Positions 50,546 through 63,009 of a DNA stretch of 64,000 nucleotides are shown here, one piece after another. The notes below the pieces were generated by a model that worked only from the letters and a program-made list of their open reading frames with translations, was not told where the DNA came from and searched no databases. How positions within the stretch are numbered: position 1 is the first letter of the stretch; each line of letters opens with the position of its first letter. A program made the position numbers and the translations under genes. Source of the DNA: Octopus sinensis (taxonomy: Eukaryota); assembly GCF_006345805.1 (NCBI RefSeq), contig NC_043022.1, positions 16,120,001 to 16,184,000 on the forward strand, read 5' to 3'.

Positions 50546-51567
50546 GAAAAGCATTAAAAACATGGCTCTGCAGCAGACATTGCCCACACCACATGCAGTT
50601 CTGAACCCATTTTGTTTATAGCTTTTTGAATGTAACTTTCAGATAAGAGATGAACCACTGTAAGATAAAAATTGTTGACTAGTATACTTGTACCATAAAT
50701 ATGACTGTAATCTGCATTTAGATAATTAATCCTTGACTTCTTTCACTGCAGGAATATACCCAAACGATTGGTGAAAGGCCAAATTCTATATTTTATTTTA
50801 GAAATAAATTACTTGCTTTATTTAAAAAAAAAACAATAACAGCTTACTCAAAAGAATTATTCACTCTGACCCTGTGATCTTTTGTGCTGCAAGTTTCCTT
50901 AATGAGTAATATCTATTAAGCACAAACTCTCCAAATGCAATATTTACACTTGTATCTAGATTTCTTAAGTCATTCAAAAGAATCTGATACGTTGTACTAA
51001 ATACAGTAAATAAATCTATCAAGAGGAGATACAGACAGAGCTCATCCCTGGATTTCTTTAGGTATTTATTAAAGATTGAAGAAATAGTATTCTTTTGTGC
51101 AGAAAACAGTTTTTATTGAAAGTGGATTTGATCAACTTATCTTGCTTCTACATATTTCTCAGTTAAAGATTTCTTGCTGAGCAAATAAAAATATTGCATT
51201 TAACCGCCTTTCCAAATCTATAAATGAAAATATTCCATTGTATTTTACTCAGTGCTTGAGTAAGAAAGGTTATAACTGTTTAGTATTGTGTATTTGTTAT
51301 GGAAAAGGTGATCGATTAAAGCCACACAATTTGTGTCTGGTGTATTGTAGGAACCAGATGAGCCGAAGTTATAAGCTGTTATATTTGTTTTGTTGAGTCA
51401 TAAATCAAGGCATTTTATTAACCTCAATTATAAACTAACTAGAGACAGCGAGTGGTCTGTTGAAAATAGACAAATAAACAGTATACGAAACCCACTTGAC
51501 AAAAAAAATCAATGTAATTTAGAAACAAGTGGAATTGAATGTTTGAAAATGGATGTACCAAACCCAA

Positions 51568-51617
<50 letters not shown>

Positions 51618-52436
51618 ACTCACATAAAAGTGGTGGTGGGGTGTGGGTGGAGAGTCGGAATGAGTGAGAGCGATTTAGGGAAATGATTAGGTGTAAGAGA
51701 CATTGATTAGTGAATGTAAGAGATATTCCAGCCCTTAATATTGACATGTATTCACAGACATGTAGGGATGGTGCATGCCGAATGAAAAGTAATGTATACC
51801 GATAATTGCACCAAACTTCGGACGTTGTAATTAGATCAAGTACATAAAAGTTAAGTTTTACACGAGATAAATATAAATAATGTATTGAGCAAACTTGAAC
51901 CTTTTCTGTATGGAAAACTGGATGCATAATAATGATTTTGATAACGATTTTTAACTCTCTTGCTCATACTTTTGAATATATGTGCACAACAAACTATATT
52001 CATCTGTGGATCGGATTTGATGGAAGAGGATCCCTGTTAAGTAGGAGAAAAAAAAAATCATTGTATTTTGAGACAATGCAGTTTTTTTCGTCTTCCTTTT
52101 ATTTCCTATCCACTAATAATAAGAAATCATAATAACTCTTGTAATTTAATATTAAATCTATTTTATTTGACTTAACCTTTTCCTCATAGGTTTGCTAGAT
52201 ATTCTTTTTTGAGCCTAACTTGACACAAATGAAATTTAAAGGAAGTTTAGCCCTTCAAAAATGTTTATGTAAGTAAAAGTAAAAGCAATGAACATAGTTT
52301 CACTGCTTTACACAGATTATCTTGCAGTATAGTAATATACAAATGTATAATAAAATACAAATATTGATAAAGATTATAAAATTTATCTTTTAGCCATGGT
52401 AACATATGATGTTATTTTTCATGTCTTATTTGACAG

Positions 52437-52532
52437 GATCTAACAATAGTTATTGTATCGCTTTCACTGATTCGGTTATTTCTTCTCCACTAAACATGGC
52501 TTGGATAACAGATTGTGCGCATTTAATCTCAG
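52437..52532 (+). CDS. Candidate 96-nt exon, unknown product
   Basis: Acceptor TTTTTCATGTCTTATTTGACAG; donor CAG|GTACTT; open phase-1 frame; contains AAACATGG (MAWITDCAHLIS). Confidence 0.3.
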
Positions 52533-54354
52533 GTACTTGGCCTCAGTTCTCTATCTCATGCATCATAAATTTTTTACTATATTTTATAGATAAATCTTCT
52601 CAAAAAAATGGTGATTAGTAAAAACACAAATCTTTTAGAAATGTAGAGCTTTATTTATTTCACTTATTTAAATAGGCACATTAGTCAACATTATATATGC
52701 TATATATATATATATATATTGGTAGATAGGTTATTATTTTCATTTTAGCTATAATTCTAAATTACTGATAACACTTTTAAGCAATTATGATTTTTTTAAA
52801 AAGTATTAAAAGATATTCCAGCACATTCAGATTTAATACAGAAAGTTTCCTAAAGAGCCTAAATGTTTATAAAAAGCATTTGGAATATGATAAATGTGTA
52901 GACATGTCGTCAATATTCCAAAGGTCATCATGTTTAGAGTTCTTCCCAGATAAGTGATCCACTGAGTAAACTCCTAATGTAAACCAACTAGAAAGATCGA
53001 TTTTTTTGAGAATTACAAGCTGCAATTTCCTGGCCAACTTCACTTCTTTAGTAGCCACAAGTCTTTCTGCAACAGTGAAGAAATTTGAATTTTCCATGAT
53101 ATGAACCTGTTATGTCTTTTGAAATGATACTTAATAATCGATAGCTCCTATTTTATGGTAAAGCAATAAAACATCAGTAAATTAAGAATGAGGCAAAAAC
53201 CGATGTTGCTTCAACATTTGTTGCAATATTTATGCACACAGTTCAAATACTTGAGATAATATTGGTTACTGTGCTCATTGACTGTTTTTAACTTGAGATT
53301 TTGGTGAATAAAATTTAGTTTTCACTGGCGACATGGTACGCAACTGAATAGCTGAGGTGTTGTTTACTACTGACCTGAAGGTCAGTGGTTCAATTTTTGC
53401 CAAGGGCATTGAATTACATCTTTAGACAAGACACATTACAATGGTTGTCTTGTTTATCTCAACTGATAAATTATTAAAGCTGCCACTTAATGGATGAATG
53501 ATTAATGTAAAGTACTGGTAACCCACCAAATTTTGTGTTGTCTGAAATTTGTTGAACCACCCCAATCCACTGGAAAATATATGCAAAATTATTAAAAAAA
53601 ACAGCATCAAAGCTCCCCTCCCCGTTCCATCCATCATTTCCTTTGTGAATAATAAATTAAAATAGACTGATGCTGTTTCTGTTTGATTCTAGAAATCAAC
53701 AGGTTTTTAAGTCTGTCATTGTACACACATATATACACACACATTAGTTGTGGTTACAGACACATCCATGTATACACATCTACATCTACCCATCTGTTGT
53801 TCACATTAGTTTCTGTGAAGTTTTTCTAACTTAAGATTTTTAGGTGGAGTTAACTGTATAGGTAACGAACCAGAGTATTATCTATATTAATAACAGATGT
53901 TAGCTCTTTCTTTTTTTTACCCAGGGGTACATACTAGTGCGCTAGCTAATGAGAGAGTAGTTTCACCTACTAGAAATAGCAGGTGAATCACCTTCAAATC
54001 ATACCTTGCCACCTTCTCTCTTTAAAAAGGAAGGACATATTCGATAATATGGTTCTAGAGGTGTTAAGGCTGAAAATAGTATGGGATGGTTATGAATGGA
54101 AAGCCTTTCATTAAGGTCTGCTTGGTCAGGTCTGTCTTCTGGTTAAACAGTAAGAGTAAAGCCAATAAAGGAACCTCTACAGTGTTGCTTGACTTGTAAG
54201 AAACAGCAGCCAAATATTCCTCAAGTCACACCCTACTGGTATGAAAAGGAAGGACATATTAGACAATGTAATTAATTCTAGATATACATAAAAAGATCAG
54301 GTGAATCAGGGCTGACCCAGAACTATGCAATACACATTCCTGTGGTGCATAATG

Positions 54355-54568
54355 TTAGTTTCAAATTTTGGTATAAGGCCAGCACATTCAGGGGGTGGGA
54401 TAAATCAATTACATGGACCCAAGTGCTCAACTGATACTTATTTTATCAACCCTAAAAGAATAAAAGGCATAGTTGACCTCAGCAGAATTTGAACTCAGAA
54501 TGTAAAGATGGACGAAATTCTGCTAAGCATTTTGCTTGCTGTGCTAATGATTCTGCCAACTTGCATCT
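54355..54568 (-). mobile_element. Family C SINE
   Basis: Complete head, core and tail. Confidence 0.85.
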
Positions 54569-55006
54569 TAACATAATGTTAATTGGGATGTTTTGTGAAT
54601 AAAGTCTTTACATATCTTGCATTACTTACTGCTGCTGTTGACTGATAATATCTCAGAAATCTATTCAAAGATCTCTTCCCCCATGCACCCCCACCATCTT
54701 TCAAGTTCTTCGGTTAATGTAACAACAGCATCTGCTCTTTTATTACTTCTCCACATCTATTTAACTCACTCATATCTTTACTTTTATCACCCTTACTTTC
54801 TCTAAACACTTTTCTCAGAACCGCATCATCCCTCTAGAAATCCCTTCTTGTACATCTCCCCACCCACCATCTAGTTACTTACTTACTTACAATAATTCAA
54901 ATTAAAGAGGAAATACAAAATCTTCACCATGTTATCTCAACCTATTTGTCTGATGGAACCTGAAGATTATGGCATCTCTGTGTTTATAACTTCAATTGGA
55001 TTTTAC

Positions 55007-55119
55007 CTGAAGCCTTCAGGATCACATTTCTTCTTTGTTTAAGGTTATCAATGAAAAACCTTTGATAATGCTCTGCCAAACAATTCTTTTCCTTAATGTA
55101 TTCTGCAGACTTTGAAGGC
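55007..55119 (-). CDS. Candidate 113-nt internal coding exon, unknown product
   Basis: Acceptor TGGTTTTTATAG; donor CAG|GTAAAA; only one frame is open across the whole exon: PSKSAEYIKEKNCLAEHYQRFFIDNLKQRRNVILKAS. Confidence 0.35.
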
Positions 55120-55626
55120 CTATAAAAACCACAAGTGGTTTCTTATTTAAAGCAAACAAATTTCTGCATCTTCTGCTTCCATATATTCTATGGCTGATTC
55201 TCTTTGTGATTTATTCAATTGGAGTGTTGTCCTATAACCTTTAATGTCTATCATAGAAGTAGATGTTATGCAAACTATCTTTTGTGCATGACAACTCTAG
55301 TTATTACATAAGCAGAAACAAAAACAAAAATACTTAGTTTGCTTATAAGTTCTGTCAGGGATCTCTCAGAGTTGCATGCCAGAACTGCTGTACTTTTTAT
55401 TGCCTGTTTGTTTCCCTTGGTTTAAAAAAACCCCAAAAAACATAAATGTTTCACAAATTCTTTTTAACTCGTTAAACTGTTACACAAAATTATTGTAAAT
55501 CATTTTATTGATATTCTTCTTTCAGAATTTTTCACAGTTCCTTGTTTTTCAAAACTCCTATGTATCTAATATTTAATATTTATTATAAAATTAGGTTTCA
55601 TATACATGCATATATATACACACACA

Positions 55627-55850
55627 CATCATTATCATCATCTTGTCGTCATTGTTTAACGTCTGCTTTCCATGCTGGCATGGGTTAGACGGTTTGACTG
55701 AGGACTGGCAAACCAGGAGGCTGCACCAGGCTTCAATCTGATCTGGCAAGGATTTTTACAGCTGGATGCCCTTCCTAACACCAACTACTCCGAGAGTGTA
55801 GTGAGTGCTTTTTATGTGCTTCTGGCAGTGGGGCCAGTCAGGTGGCAGTG

Positions 55851-55891
<41 letters not shown>

Positions 55892-56190
55892 GAAGGCGCA
55901 TGACTTGGTGGTTAGGATGTTGCACTCACGATTGTGAGATTGTGGTTTTGATTCCCAGACTGGGCATTATGTTGTGCTCTTGAGCAAAGCACTTCATCTC
56001 ATACTACTCTGCGATCATTTTATCATCTGACATGTGGCACCCTTTTGCACCTGTACAGGTAATGTCGATTTGATGGAGAGAGTGAGCTTATGTGTACACA
56101 AACATTTGATCACTATAAACAGATCATCTGCTGTGTGGTTGTTTGGCAAGAAATTGCTGAACCCTCATACATCGTCAATGATAGGAAAGT
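55627..56190. mobile_element. RTE 3' end (-) followed by a B-related SINE (+)
   Basis: RTE at 55627-55845; tRNA-like head at 55892-55970. Confidence 0.8.
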
Positions 56191-56557
56191 TCATGATACA
56201 TACACACACACACACACACAATATGTAAGGAGTCAACTGACTTAAAGTAATAAGTATGTACTATGAGCACTCTGTTTCAAACTCCGGTTTGAACTGCAAC
56301 AGAATGTATGATGTACTGACTGCCTATCAGAAATTGCTATAGGTGTTTTTTTCCTTGAGCAGGTAGAAAAAGATTAAAGTAAATTTATATTCCCTATCTA
56401 AATTAAACGTCTTTTCAAGTGATGCCAAGCAATTTGTCTTTCCATTAAACTTTAATATATATACATGTATATTAAAAATGAATTATTGTTTACCATTATG
56501 GAGTTTTATGCATGATATTATTATAAACGATAATATCCTCATGTATATATATATACG

Positions 56558-57689
56558 TTGTTGGCATCCTTTTTGTCTCGGGAGACAATGGAGTTGCACA
56601 TAAAATAGTCCAGTCCGGCTTTTACATTTTATGCCCTGATACATTTCCTGCTGTGGCTGTGTAGTCCTATCCTGGACAGACACTCCCTCCGGCAGGTACC
56701 GCAAATGTAGGAACAGTCTTCGCTACATATATATATATATGATGGGCTTCTGCGTAGTCTCTATCTAGAAAATTCATTTATAAGGCCTTAGTTGGCTCAA
56801 GACTATAGTAAAAGGCACTCGCCCAGTGTACCATGCACTGAGATTCAACATGATACCATGTGGTTGCAAAGCAAGCTTCTTAACCACACAGCCATGCTTT
56901 TATATATTCTTGTCATCAACAGTTGATCTAGTAACAGTTTTCCCATCTTTTGTATGAGAAAGATAAGTCCTGATCGAAAAGCATCTTCATATAGAGTGGA
57001 AAGTAAAACCGTTCTAACAAGACATTATTGCCATGTTGTTGTTATTGTTGTTGTAGATTACTATTCAATGACGACTTTTTAGTGTTTTAGTAGGAGTGAA
57101 GGAAGTAGTGCAATAGTTTTTTGTTGGCATCCTTTTTGTCTCGGGAGACAATGGAGTTGCACATAAAATAGTCCAGTCCGGCTTTTACATTTTATGCCCT
57201 GATACATTTCCTGCTGTGGCTGTGTAGTCCTATCCTGGACAGACACTCCCTCCGGCAGGTACCGCAAATGTAGGAACAGTCTTCGCTACATATATATATA
57301 TATGATGGGCTTCTGCGTAGTCTCTATCTAGAAAATTCATTTATAAGGCCTTAGTTGGCTCAAGACTATAGTAAAAGGCACTCGCCCAGTGTACCATGCA
57401 CTGAGATTCAACATGATACCATGTGGTTGCAAAGCAAGCTTCTTAACCACACAGCCATGCTTTTATATATTCTTGTCATCAACAGTTGATCTAGTAACAG
57501 TTTTCCCATCTTTTGTATGAGAAAGATAAGTCCTGATCGAAAAGCATCTTCATATAGAGTGGAAAGTAAAACCGTTCTAACAAGACATTATTGCCATGTT
57601 GTTGTTATTGTTGTTGTAGATTACTATTCAATGACGACTTTTTAGTGTTTTAGTAGGAGTGAAGGAAGTAGTGCAATAGTTTTTTGTTG
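56558..57689. repeat. 563-bp direct tandem duplication
   Basis: 56558-57120 equals 57121-57683 with no mismatch seen by eye; TTGTTG microhomology at 56558, 57121 and 57684. The unit contains a LINE-like fragment and a family A SINE head. Confidence 0.95.
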
Positions 57690-58159
57690 AATTAATCTCA
57701 GAATTTTTATGGAACTATTAATCTCAATATGAGTGATTGAAATATTGGTTTCTTTCTTACTGAAGGGTTTATATTTTAGGAAAACGAGAACTAGTATGTT
57801 GTGATTCTCTTGCATTAGTATAAGTCAGATGGTTTCGGGTGGGGGAATGGAACTTTGTGATTTTGGTTTTTTTTCTAGAACTTAAAGTATAATATTTGCC
57901 ACAAGGTCTGAATCACTGTAAAACACTTAGTAATAATTTCCCATGCTAGTAGCAATGGTTGGATGGTTTTGTAAATTTGAAAATTCTGTTTTAATTGTTG
58001 AAGTAGGTATTTTACAGTAAAGTTCCATTGTTGTCTCACAAAAACAGGCCAATTATGCAAGGGAATAAACTCTGTTTTGAGTAGAATTAAATACAGAAAA
58101 CAGTTATATAACTTAGCTAATGATAATTCACAATTCTAATTCTTAATATTTGGTATTAG

Positions 58160-58620
58160 AAAGGCAGTGAGCTGGCAGGATTATTAGCACACCAGGCAAA
58201 ATGTTTAGCAACATTTTCCCCATCTTTATGTTCTGAATTCAAATCCCACCCAGGTTGACTTTGCCTGTTATCCTTTCAGGGTTCATAAAATAAGTACCAG
58301 TTGAGCACTGAAGTTGATGCAATCAATTTGCCTCCCTCCTCCCTCAGCATTTCTGGCCTTGTGCCAAAATTTGTAATCTCTATATTTGCTATTAGAAAGG
58401 CAGTGAGAGGCTGGCAGAATTGTTAGCATGCCAAGCAAAATGCTTAGTGGCATTTCAACTATCTTTGTGTTCTGAGTTCAACTTACGCCGAGGTCAACCT
58501 TGCCTTTCATCCTTTTGGGGGTTGATAAAATAAGTACTTGTTGAGCACTGAGGTTGATGTAATTGATTAGCAACCTACCCCAAAATGCTGGCCTTGTGAC
58601 AAAATCTGAAACCAATATTT
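58160..58620 (+). mobile_element. Two head-to-tail family C SINEs
   Basis: Both begin TATTAGAAAGGCAGTGAG and carry the full core. Confidence 0.85.
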
Positions 58621-59153
58621 AGCATTAGATATTCAAAAACTACTCTGACTGAAATTACTTTAAAAAATTACTGTCACTAAAAGTTGTTGAGTTGGTAAAG
58701 AAGTTAGTGTTACATACTGCAACTGATGCCAGCTGGAAACAAGTCCATTGCTAAGTGTTCAGTGGTTAAAACCCTACTGAATTTAGTTTTGTGCTTCACC
58801 GAGTTTTTAAAATAAGCTGTGGGGTCAACTGAAATAAATGAAGCTTTGAACTCGGATGAATTACTGACTGGATGTAGGGCATAGCTATTTAGGGGCTTGT
58901 TATGTAGTAATTGGATAGAATCCTATCTTATTCATTTCTGATCAACTCCAAGTAACAAAATATCTAGAGAAATGAAACTTTATCTTCAAAAAAAAAATTT
59001 TTTTTTTCTCTTTTAAGAAATAGAATAGTATCTAATTTGATACATGTACAACGTTTAATTTTATAAAAGTTTTTCTTTTTTGAACCGAAGTAATCTCTTT
59101 ACTCAAGTAAAAAGGAGATGGTGCTCTAGCCTTAGTTTTTCAATTGTATTTAC

Positions 59154-59243
59154 TTTCTTATGTATGCAGCTCGTCTTGTTAGACCTTCCATAACCCCAGC
59201 TCACATGTTATACTTTTATTTTGATGAGGAATAAGTTCAGTTT
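59154..59243 (-). CDS. Candidate 90-nt exon with possible start codon at 59191
   Basis: Strong acceptor TTTCTTATTTTCTTTTTGCATGCCACATCGCAG; MEGLTRRAAYIR then AA|GTAAAT. An alternative donor CAT|GTGAGC also exists. Confidence 0.25.
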
Positions 59244-60009
59244 CTGCGATGTGGCATGCAAAAAGAAAATAAGAAATATCAATACCAAAAATTAATAAGA
59301 CTTTTGTTGACATATTCTCATCTCTGGCCTGTGGCAAGTTTCTACTTAAAACAAGTTGAACTGTTGCCATGTTTGGAGACGAAGTTCCAATAATATGAAA
59401 TAGAAATATGAATACATTCACTGAAGTTACACTTTCAGGATTTAGCATTTTATTGGAATTGGTTCAGTTTTAGCAGGAGTCTGCAACAACCACTTATTTC
59501 GCATTGTAGATGTAAATTTTATCTGCATGAATCCCATTTTGTGGATGTAATGCCTCAAACAAGAATTGGAAATGCTATGTTATTATTAGGTGGCTACTTG
59601 TAATGGAAGAAGGACTGAATGTTTTAAAATTGAACAACTGAATTGTTTTATGGTTCTTTGCCTCTCATTGAAACGGGTTTCATAACTGAATGGCAAGACT
59701 TTCAGGCTAAAAGTTTAAACTATGTTATTAAGGCATAACGTAAAATGCATATTAAAAGCAATAATGAAATATACAAAGGAATCACTGAAAATACTTTCTG
59801 TTGATACTATTTTCACTTTCTCCTGCTGAAGTTTTCTTTTACTAATAATATCCCATAGAAGTCCTTAACTAGAAAGTCCTATCCACTTTCTTTTAAGAGT
59901 TAAAATGTTAAATTTTTTTATTAGCAAAAATGTATTCCATGGAAATCAATTGATTTTAGAAGCATTTATTTTCGACCTTGGCATTTTTTCCATATCAATC
60001 ATGACTATA

Positions 60010-61440
60010 ATAGTTTAAGACAGCCTTAGTGGTACACTATTTTTCTTTCCTTCCCTACCACCATATGTCTCCCACCCTCCTCATGCACTATACCTGCCTC
60101 TCTCTTCCTCACCTACTCCTGTAACTTACTCAACATCACCCCACTTTCATCCCTCTCCTGTCTACTGTTTCATTATTACTAGCCTTCTGTCTGTCATCTC
60201 CTACTCTCCACTCCAATTACTCTCCAGTTCCCCTCAATTAGTCCTACTTTTTCTTCTAAAATGTGAGTAGTCATGTAGCTCCTCGACTACAAGAAACCTA
60301 CTTTGTGCTGGGCCCTTCTCTCATACTTTCACCCATTTTGTGCCCCTCCTAGCATGAATTTGCCCCTTTGGGTATTGTAGTCTTACAAACTGTATGACAA
60401 CCTCTTTAGTGCTGGTGCCGTGACAAAATGCGTTCAATATACACAGTAAAATGGTTGGTGTTCAGAAAGGCATCCAACCATAGAAACCATGCCAAAGCAG
60501 ACACTGAAGCGTGATACAGTCCTTGGGTTCTTCAGATCCTTTCAAACAATCCAATCCATGCCAGCATAGAACAAGCAGGTTTAAATGATGTTCATAGTAA
60601 GGGGTAAAAAGATACTAAATCTAACTTTGTAGTTATTTAGTAGTAAGCATAATCAAAGACAGAGCTGTTAACTATTTCTTTTATATTTTCAAGTAAATAT
60701 GTCTTTTAACATAAATATGCTGGATATTTAGCATAAATATCTAACCTATGGAAGGGGTAGCCATAGGAATATGTGTGATGAAGTGGTGAGAAAAAGATTT
60801 TCAGTTGTTGGGCCTCCTGTGAAAATGACAAGGGACGGTAACCTCTGATGATTTGTTGTGCTTGAGAGGACATGCCAAGTTAAGTAGATTCATGACTGTC
60901 TATGCATACAGGTGTGTCCTTTAGGCCATAACCCCAACTCACTCTCTTTCTACTGAAAGGTCTTTGTCTTGCATGCTCACAGGTGCTGGTGCCACGTAAA
61001 AGGTACCTCTTTCGGTGTCATGTAGAAAAGCACCCATGCCAGTGCCACATAGGAAAGTACCCGCACAGGTGTTATGGACAAAAGCACCAGTCCGGTGCCA
61101 TGTAGATAAGCACCTGTGCTGGTGTCACATGGAAGACACTTGTGCCAGTGCCATGTTGAAAGCACTTCTGCTGACACTACATTAAATGCATTTATGCTGG
61201 TGCCATATTCAAAGCACTTGTACTAGTGCCACATTAAAAGCTCTCATGCTGGTACAGTGTAACAAGCACCCAGTACCCTCTGTAAAGTGGTTAGTGTTAG
61301 GAAGGGCATCCAGCTGTAAAAACCATGGCCAAAACAGACAAATGGAACCTGGGCATCTCCTCAGCTGGCCAGCTCTTGTTACACTGCTCACCCCATACCA
61401 GATTGGAAAACAGATGTTAAATGATGATGATGATGATGCT
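60010..61440 (+). mobile_element. RTE-related segments: pyrimidine-rich piece plus two 3' ends, the second with an 11-unit internal array
   Basis: 3' ends at about 60420-60590 and 61270-61440; 26-27-bp units at 60981-61270. Confidence 0.7.
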
Positions 61441-62324
61441 TTAGTAAGAAAAGAAAAAGTTATATTTCTGTAAAATAATGTTGAAAGTTGTGTTGCTAAG
61501 ACTACAAAAAAAAAAAACATCTAGTTGCTATTAAAATAAAGGTTATTATTTTAGTTGTTTGTACAATTAGCTGCATATGACCTCGTGATGTCTTGGTTGA
61601 ACATTTGACTCAAAGCTGAAAGGTTCTTATATATTAATGGTTCTAGCCTGGTTCCAACATCTTTTGTATATTGAATATTGTCAAGGAAGTGAATTACATT
61701 TATTTTTAGTTTCATAATTAAAAATTAAATTGTTGCTATAAGTTAAATTTAGTTATTGTGTTTGTAATTTTTGCTTCAAGTCTATAGGTTTTCCTTTTTT
61801 CCACTTCCTAAATCTTGATGCTTTATAAATTCAATTCTGAATTTAATATTTCAAATTTAATTACCCTTTTTTAATACACATTTTATGTATATCGTTGTTT
61901 ATTAAACTGCTCTTCAGTTTCAATTAGTCTGTATGATTTTTAAAAAAGTTTTTGTATTGTTCGCCCAATTCAGTTTTGCTATTAGATTTACTATGCTTCT
62001 TACCAGCCAGAATTCTTAATTTGTTTACATAAACAGGTTTGAAGTGCACTCTCTTGTTGAACTATTTGAGATTTTATACAATCTAATTGATTAGAGTGTA
62101 AAGTTTAGGTGCTTTGCACACCACTAACAAATACAGTTGATTCCTATTTATCTAAACAAATGTAATTTCCCAGTGTTCACAATAATTGTAAATTACATTC
62201 CTCTTTCTTTCCCAAATAAGTTCTGTCCCTCGTCCTTTATCAAACCTGCCTGATTGTGTATATGTAATTTTATATTAATAGGTTCTTATCAATAAAGCAG
62301 ACGGTGGAAGGCTGAAATACTTGA

Positions 62325-62522
62325 TAATCATCATCATCATCATCGTCATCGTTTAGCGTCCGCTTTCCATGCTGGCATGGGTTGGGTGGTGCAACTTGGG
62401 TCTGGGAAGCCAGAAGGCTGCACCAGGCCCAGTCTGATCTGGCAATGTTTCTACGGCTGGATGCCCTTCCTAACGCCAACCACTCCATGAGTGTAGTAGG
62501 TGCTTTTTACGTGCCACCTGCG
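62325..62522 (-). mobile_element. RTE 3' end, well preserved
   Basis: (CAT)n tail; truncated at the first GTGCC unit. Confidence 0.85.
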
Positions 62523-62822
62523 CAATATTTAATTTTATCCCTTTTAGTCTCTCAGTTCAACTTATGCTGGTGTTCACTTTGATTTTATTCCTTCTGGGGT
62601 CAAAAATACAATCTCAATGATAATATACTAAGGCTGTGTCATGGTCTGTTGGTCTGGACTGTGTTGGTGACTGGCTGAGTTGATGAATGAAAATATGTTT
62701 CTTGGGTTGCTTGAAGAAGTAACTGAACAGCATCTGTAAGCATTTAAAAGAAGATCTTATTATCACTCATAATGACAAACTGTGTTGGCCTTCTACAAAT
62801 AACAATTGCAATAATTACATAC

Positions 62823-62861
62823 TGAGAGAGAGAGAGAGAGGGAGAGGGAGAGAGAGAGAGG

Positions 62862-62907
<46 letters not shown>

Positions 62908-62908
62908 G
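62823..62908. repeat. (GA)n polypurine tract
   Basis: Directly visible. Confidence 0.95.
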
Positions 62909-63009
62909 ACTGCTTAGAGTTTGCAGCAAGCTGTTGATATGACATGTGGTTTTCCCGATATAACTGCAAACAACTGTTCTGTATTCATGGCGATGGAGGT
63001 TCCTGTCCT

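Noticed and set aside
52867-53097. 76-aa non-repeat ORF on the minus strand
   Set aside because: No recognisable domain, weak acceptor and no donor; noted only as an alternative last exon in another frame.
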